Below, piece after piece: positions 57,857 through 64,000 of a DNA stretch of 64,000 bases. The stretch covers positions 997,055-1,061,054 of the forward strand of contig NW_005434663.1 of assembly GCF_000315625.1 (NCBI RefSeq). The letters run 5' to 3'. Positions within the stretch are counted from its first letter, which is position 1, and every line of letters begins with the position of its first letter. A model generated the notes under the pieces. That model saw only the letters and a list, made by a program, of their open reading frames with translations. It made no database searches and was not told the DNA's origin. This DNA is from Guillardia theta CCMP2712. Taxonomy: Eukaryota > Protista > Cryptophyta. The position numbers and the translations under genes were made by a program.

Positions 57857-59467
57857 ATGGTTAGTATAACCGTGAAGTGCTCGACAGGAGCAAAGATCAA
57901 CGTCAACGTCGAACTGGACAAAACAGTAGCTGACCTCAAGAAACTGCTAGAAGCTGAAAGTGGAATCTCACCGGAACAAATGCGATTAATCTACAGGGGT
58001 CATGTGTTGAAAGACGGCAACACGCTGCAGTCGTACTGTAAGTGTCTGTCTTGATGTTGGATCGCCTTGACGGTATCTCTCTCAGCGGTTGAAGACGGGC
58101 ATACCATCCACCTGGTGCAAGGGTCTGCTTCGCAGAGCAGTCATCCGACCTACAGCCCGTCTGCTTCTTCCCCCAGCTCCACCTCCCCGTCGATTCCTGG
58201 AGTCGCCCCAAACATGCAGAGCATGCAGCAGCAGATGATGTCGGATCCTCAGATGATGCAGCAGGTCATGAACTCTCCCATGATGCAGTCGTTAATGAAC
58301 AACCCTGAGTTGATGCGATCGCTCATCCAGAACAACCCTCAAATGCAGGCAATCATCGAGCAAAACCCAGAGATTGGACATGTCCTGAACGACCCAGCGA
58401 TCCTGAGGCAAACCATGGAGGCTGCAAGATCGCCAGAGCTGATGAGGGAGATGATGAGGACAGCCGATCGAGCGATGAGTAACATTGAGAATTATCCTGA
58501 GGGATTCAACATGCTCCGACAAATGTACCATAATTTCCAAGAGCCGATGGCAAACGCTGCTATTGCTGGATCAAGAGCTACGAATGAAGACACTGCTGCA
58601 AAACCGGATCCATCCAATCCATTTGCGGAATTGTTTCAGGTATTCTTTATCTTCTTGAATATTTCTCTCTAATTTCCTTTTCAGCCATCAGCCACAGCTA
58701 CTGGTCCCACTGGAGCAACGCCCAACCCCTGGGCGCCAGCACCAAGCACAGCGAGCACCTCCAACGAAAACAACACTTCCAATGCATTCGGTAACTCGCC
58801 ATTCATGGGCATGGGTGGAGGAATGGGCGGGTTGGGCGGGTTGGGCGGGTTGGGCGCTCCGGGAGGGTTCGGCGGAGATATGGAAGGGATGTTGAACAAC
58901 CCGATGGTCCTGGAACAAATGCAGCAAGCCCTCAACGATCCTGCAATCCAACAGATGATGTCGGACCCCAACATGATGCAGCAGGTTGAAATATTCTCTT
59001 TGATTGTCCACCTTCCTGATAAAATGCGTCCAGATCATGAATTCCAATCCAATGCTTCAACAGATGCTAGACGCTAATCCTCAAGCCCGAGCTATGCTTC
59101 AGGATCCGGAAGTATTGAGGCGCATGAGTGACCCTGCTACATTTCAGTCTATGATTCAGATGCAGCAAGCTATGAGGGGAATGCAAGGCGGTCAGCAGCC
59201 ATCCTTCAACCCTTCTGCTTTCGGCCAATCGAATCTATTTGGTGGTTTCCCTGCTCCTCAAGCAAATCCTCCATCAAACGTTCCCCCTGAGGAGAGATTC
59301 CGTACACAGCTAGAGAAATTGAGGGACATGGGCTTCAGCGATCAACAGGTGAGATGCGCGAGTATGGAAGGTGTTGTCACTCGTGTTGGCAGGCGAACTT
59401 GTCAGCACTTCAAGCAACAAACGGAAATATAGATGCAGCGATTGACCGACTACTGTCAGGAATATGA
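57857..59467 (+). CDS. DSK2: Ubiquilin/Dsk2 (UBL-STI1-UBA)
   Basis: UBL ([25 protein letters not shown]), STI1 repeats ([22 protein letters not shown]), UBA ([18 protein letters not shown]...[14 protein letters not shown]). Confidence 0.95.
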
Positions 59468-59731
59468 TGTATGAATAGATTACAGCTTGTGAAGTTGCAA
59501 GCCTTTATTGGGCAGTGAGATCGTGGGAAAAACAAGACTCAGAGATGAGAGGAAAGGAAGCATCAGGAGAGACCGTGAGGGGCCCTCAACCATGGCCCAT
59601 TCCTGATCTACGACCCTTGTGCACGCATCTCGTTCGTATCATGCCTGGCCTCGTCTCCCTCCTCTCCCTCTTCCTCGATTATTTCTTCCCCGATTCCTGC
59701 ACCCGGTCAAAATCCAGGTAGAGCGGGAGGT

Positions 59732-61266
59732 TCAATACCCTCGTCTGATGGCGTCACTCCTAGCAGCGAGGGGAGGCAGCTTCTCCGACGGTCCGGTTGG
59801 CAGCTTAGTTCCCGTCTCCTCCTCGATCTGCCACCCCGTCACATGAGGGAGGGACGGATGGAGGGTGGAGGAAGGGATGGAGGGAGGGAGGGAGGGAGGG
59901 GTGGACTGAGGTGGAGGGGTGGAGGGATAAAACGAGGGATGGAGAGAGGGCCTGTATCACCTTCGCCTTCAGTTGCTGCAGAACTTTGATCTGTGCCAAC
60001 TTCTCGGGGCTGAGCAAGTCCCAGTAGATCCCCTGGCCTTCCATGAGCGGACGAGAGCAAGCGACTTTGAAAGTCACCTCTGGTTTCTTACGACGATTCT
60101 CTATACGGATGATGCGAGTGGGGGTGCAGATACTGAGAGAAGGTCAGCAGCAGTTTCACCTCTCAAGCTTTACATGTCCACAGGAACGTCGTGCTTCAGG
60201 AGCTCCTCGGACGGGATGTCATCGACCACTTGCGCGTCGTGCACACTAGTCACAACCAAGGTGTTGTCGTCGATCGCTCCCATCCTGGTGGCAGAGGTCA
60301 ACAACAGCTCGTCGCTTGTTCGCTTGCTCACATGCGCAACATTCCATACTCAAGCTCGGCAAACCCTTCGCCCTTCCCGATTCTCGCGCCAGTCCGAGGA
60401 CACACTGCAGTCGATCCGACGACGATGAGGTCGACCTTGATCTCGTCCTCGGTCGTGAGGGGCTTTCCGTACTTGGCCACCCCGACGGACGTGCAGCACT
60501 GGCGCACCTGATCGCGGGGGATCGTATCCAGGGAGAGGATGGAGAAGAAGCCTGTGCGGAGGCGAGGCTGGGGGGTCATCAGGGTCTTGGACGCCATGAG
60601 CGTCCGATATCTCACTTCCTTCTGCGGAGTATCGGGGTTGACCTTGACCACCTTCGCTTCCTTGAACTCGCTGAGGCTGCAGAGCTGCATGGCTGCTCTG
60701 TCGGCTCCTTCGAAGTTTGGGATCCTGTGAAAGACTGGTCGAGGCTCGCGCGCTATGTCCTGCTCCTCCATGAGCCCCCAGACCCTCTGCCTGATCTCCC
60801 ACTTCCAAGGATTTCTGAGCTGAGAAAATTCTGACATACTCTCCTCCATCTGCTTCTTCATCTGCTCCCGAGCTAGCGAGTCCAGTCTCGCCCTCTCCTC
60901 CTCGTACTTCACCTCGTCCAAATCTCTCTCTTCAGCCTGCATCTTCAATGCCATGCAACGCGACCTCCTGCTGCTCAGCGTCTGATCACGTCGACGTTGC
61001 TGTGTGAGACTCTGCGAACAAATAGTGAAGCTGCCACCTCGCGCTGGCAGGGAAGAACCGTGGGCGAAGGAGAACAAGCTAGTTGATGGACTGAGAGCGA
61101 GCGATGGGGACGAGAGAGAGAGGAGCAAGGATGCAAGGGGCAAGTGACAGGACAAAGAAAGAGAGGAGGAGGAGGAGGAGGAGGAGGAGGAGGAGGAGGA
61201 GGAGGAGGCGGTCGAGGAGGAGGATAGGATGACGACAGCGAACAGAAGCGCCTTTATGTGTGCCAT
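59732..61266 (-). CDS. 5-formyltetrahydrofolate cyclo-ligase-like protein (COG0212/MTHFSD), predicted plastid-targeted
   Basis: [94 protein letters not shown]-terminal hydrophobic leader followed by a Ser/Arg-rich transit-like region. Confidence 0.92.
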
Positions 61267-61976
61267 GTCGCACTCATCCCCCCCCATACTCAGAGATAAG
61301 TAAAGTAAAGTACCAAGTAAAGTTAACTCAATCCCAAGCGAATCCCTGAAGCCATTCCGACAAACGAGAAGAGACGCGACAGAGAATGGCTGGGAGGGAG
61401 GAGGGAGGAGAGGAGAGAGGAGAGGAGGGAGGAGAGAGGAGAGAGGAGAGAGGAGAGAGGACAGAACAGAGGAGAGGAGACGTACGTGAGGGAGGGGAAG
61501 TGGGTGGGAGGTTTCGATACGGGAAGAGGAGAGAGATGGGAAGAAAATGGAGAGGAGTCCAGAAAAGCAGTGAGTTGGATCGTGAGAAGAGTTGAGCAAA
61601 GGAGATATTTGGCGAGGGATGGAAGGACTGCAAATGTTTGAGAGATGCAGCGAGAAACTGAATAGACCAACGTTCAACCACACGGAGAACAAGACGAGAT
61701 AAAAGGTAGCGTCAAAGAGAAAAGGGAACGATGAGGTAGTTGTACGAGACTGTAGAGAGCAGGTTGGGTGATGTGGATGTATCAAATCACGTGAAACATA
61801 TGGGAGATGCAGCAGCTTGAGGGAAGACGAGTTGGATTGAGCAAACATGAACACGGTATGCGGACAAAGAAGCCGTGAAATGATGAAAGATGAAATTGAG
61901 GTTTGATCGAGAGGTTATGGTCTTGTTGACATTCTTCTGCAGTTATCTTGTTCATTTCTTTCCGTCTGCGGGAGGA

Positions 61977-63383
61977 ATGTTCTACGTGAGATACGTTCAT
62001 GTGTCCATTCATGTGTTGATTGACACATCGTGTGCTACAGTATGCAAATTATTACTTGAATTTCAGCAAATTACTGGGAATCACCAAAGAGTCAAAGGTG
62101 GATTTCCAGACTTCGCAAAAGCACATTCTAGAGATGTCAGACGTTTCTCATGTCGAGCTTTCTTGATCCTGCTCGTGCTCAGGTATCGCTCGGGGAAGGA
62201 AATTCCTTGGGACGTTCGCAAACCGCAACCTGTAGGGACACTGAAGGGAGGAGAGGAGATGATTGTTTCCTTCAGGCACTCGAGGACGCAGAGCGGGAGG
62301 GGCTGTCAGTTTGTCTCCTCGTTGTCACGTCTGCTCTGATGCTGCTGACAGGTTCAAGGGGGTGGTGCTGGATGCAGGATGCGGGTTCGGAGACAACGCC
62401 ATTTTCCTTGCCAGTAGCTTGACCTCTGCTGTGTGACTCGATTCTGACTGTCTCGAAGAGAAAGGGTATAAGGTCGTAGGCTTCGACTTCAGCGCAGAAG
62501 CTGTCGAGATAGCCAAGGACAGGCACGGAGCTTGCTGGCTGCTCTCTCTGCCGCCTGAGTATTCTCGGATGTTTTCCTCAGGGCCAGGAAGAGCGGAGTG
62601 GAGAGCGAGTGTGAGTTCTTTCAGGCAGACGCCCTCAACTTGGACAAGAGCGTCTTGAGGTAACTCGACTCTTCATCCTCCTCTGCCCTGCCGCAGCTTC
62701 CGTAAGATCTTCATTGTCACCCAGCGGTCGAAAGTTTCAGACCATCTTGGATTCAGCATGTCTCCAGTGCTTTGATCCCAAAACCCAGAACGACTACATC
62801 AAGAACATCGTGCCCCTGCTGGAGGCCGGCGGAGCTCTTGTCCTCCTGGTTCGCACGTGTTGCCGGGCCTCGCATTCTTCTCACCCCTTGTCCTCCCGCC
62901 AGGTCGTCTGCAATCAGAGTCAACTAAGAAGTTGGTGTCGGGGGCTGCGATGGATGGAGGGTCATCTCAACGAGCTGTGAGTGCCGAGGATGGCGCACGT
63001 CAAGTGACGATGATGAACAGGTTCTGCGCGGAGAGTGGGTGGATGATCCAGGTGATGGGTGGAGGAAGGAAGAATGTTCGACTCTGACGCCTCCTCGTCA
63101 CCTCTGTCGTTCTAGGACATGCTGCATACGGTCTTTCTAGAGAACATCCCCATGGTCAGAATCAACAAGGGCGTTCGAAGCTTCGAGCCCGTCACTCCCT
63201 CCCCCTGCCTCCGCATGGTCGCGGTGAGACCGTTGGTGAGCCTCCATTCCTACTCCTTCCTGCATGAGTCTACTCCGTCAGGCGCGGAGCAACCAGCTCC
63301 AGCTCGTGGTAGCAGCAAGTGCGCTCGCCCTTCTTGCCAGCGGGGTGTTCCTGCTCCTGCGAGGAAGAGCAGGCGTGAGGTGA
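61977..63383 (+). CDS. Class I SAM-dependent methyltransferase (TPMT-like) with C-terminal transmembrane anchor
   Basis: IPWDVRKPQP, VLDAGCGFGDNAIFLA, VVGFDFSAEAV, FFQADAL, FQTILDSACLQCF; last exon LQLVVAASALALLASGVFLLLRGR. Confidence 0.85.
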
Positions 63384-63489
63384 ATCAGGTACTACCGTAC
63401 GACTTTGTCCGAAGCAATCATCCTTGCAGCTCATTGCTCAAACATCAAACTTCGATCTCACATCAGTGACAGCATGAACTTGAATTCAA

Positions 63490-63609
63490 ACTTGAATATG
63501 TTTCACAGTAATAAAACTCCCTCGTCAATACTTGAACATGTTTCACAGTAATAAAACTCCCTCGTCAATACTTGAATATGTTTCACAGTAATCAAACTCC
63601 CTCGTCACT
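63490..63609. repeat. 40-bp tandem repeat x3 between convergent genes
   Basis: Unit ACTTGAATATGTTTCACAGTAATAAAACTCCCTCGTCAAT; 1-2 substitutions per copy. Confidence 0.92.
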
Positions 63610-63669
63610 ATACATGTGATTCAATTCTTCGAATATGATTGTCATAAGATGACAGCAATAGATTATGTG

Positions 63670-64000
63670 TTACGTGACCACAATAGACCAAGTCTGCCTC
63701 AGAGTGTGAAGTCGCAATGGATGGGATGTATCACAGGTTCTTGTCGTGCACGTAGAGCTGCTGCTGCTGCTCCTCCTCTCCTCTGTCTTCTTGCTCCTGA
63801 TCTCCTCCTCCTCCTCCTCCTCCTCCTCCTCCTCCTCTCTTTGTTGGCTCTGCCCGTGCTGTCGGTACCTGCTCTTTCCGTCCCACATTCAAGCTCTCCT
63901 GGTTCCCAACCAGGTTCAAAGCATTCAATGGCAGCAAGATCCTCAGCGCAAGCAAGAGTTTCATGCTCTGATTCTTTCACTCTGGCTGGCAAGCGAAGTG
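63670..64000 (-). CDS. Probable 3' end of a gene extending beyond the window
   Basis: Open frame ESEHETLACAEDLAAIECFEPGWEPGEL followed by a GT donor-like site; no domain recognised. Confidence 0.35.

Noticed and set aside
61267-61854. N-terminal ~195 aa of the 508-aa ORF as part of the COG0212 protein
   Set aside because: Low-complexity CT-rich upstream sequence with a non-ATG start; the ATG at 61266 gives a sensible signal peptide
63490-63609. Possible CRISPR-like array
   Set aside because: Units are contiguous 40-bp tandem copies with no unique spacers, in a eukaryotic context with no cas genes

Overview
Gene-dense eukaryotic nuclear DNA with many ~45-60 nt spliceosomal introns, microsatellite-filled longer introns and two ~100-N assembly gaps. 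The style (tiny introns, bipartite plastid-targeting leaders, flagellar genes) suggests an alga with a secondary red plastid, most like the cryptophyte Guillardia theta; this is an inference. About 18 genes were reconstructed by manual splicing, mostly in alternating head-to-head and tail-to-tail pairs: an MST/Hippo-like STE20 kinase, an apparently fused GT92+GT2 glycosyltransferase, a CCCH-zinc-finger DEDDh exonuclease, a plastid SET (LSMT-like) methyltransferase, a TBC Rab-GAP, PPP1R42, TAPT1, an ODAD3/CCDC151-like coiled-coil protein, an HhH-GPD glycosylase, ubiquilin, a COG0212/MTHFSD-like protein, a tail-anchored SAM methyltransferase and several hypothetical proteins. The window is dominated by a ~21-kb gene for a ~6,400-aa type-I membrane protein with ~35 Q-S-x-x-x-P-x-x-x-N repeat domains. 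It has a 518-bp near-identical internal module and two inserted segments resembling phage structural-protein motifs. Other notable signals are a hairpin-forming 50-65 bp element lying in the same orientation upstream of three genes, GGGTR-rich tracts at divergent promoters, several GC-AG introns plus one candidate GA-AG intron, and a ubiquitin-like IRLRGG motif after a signal peptide. Gene boundaries are manual and approximate.
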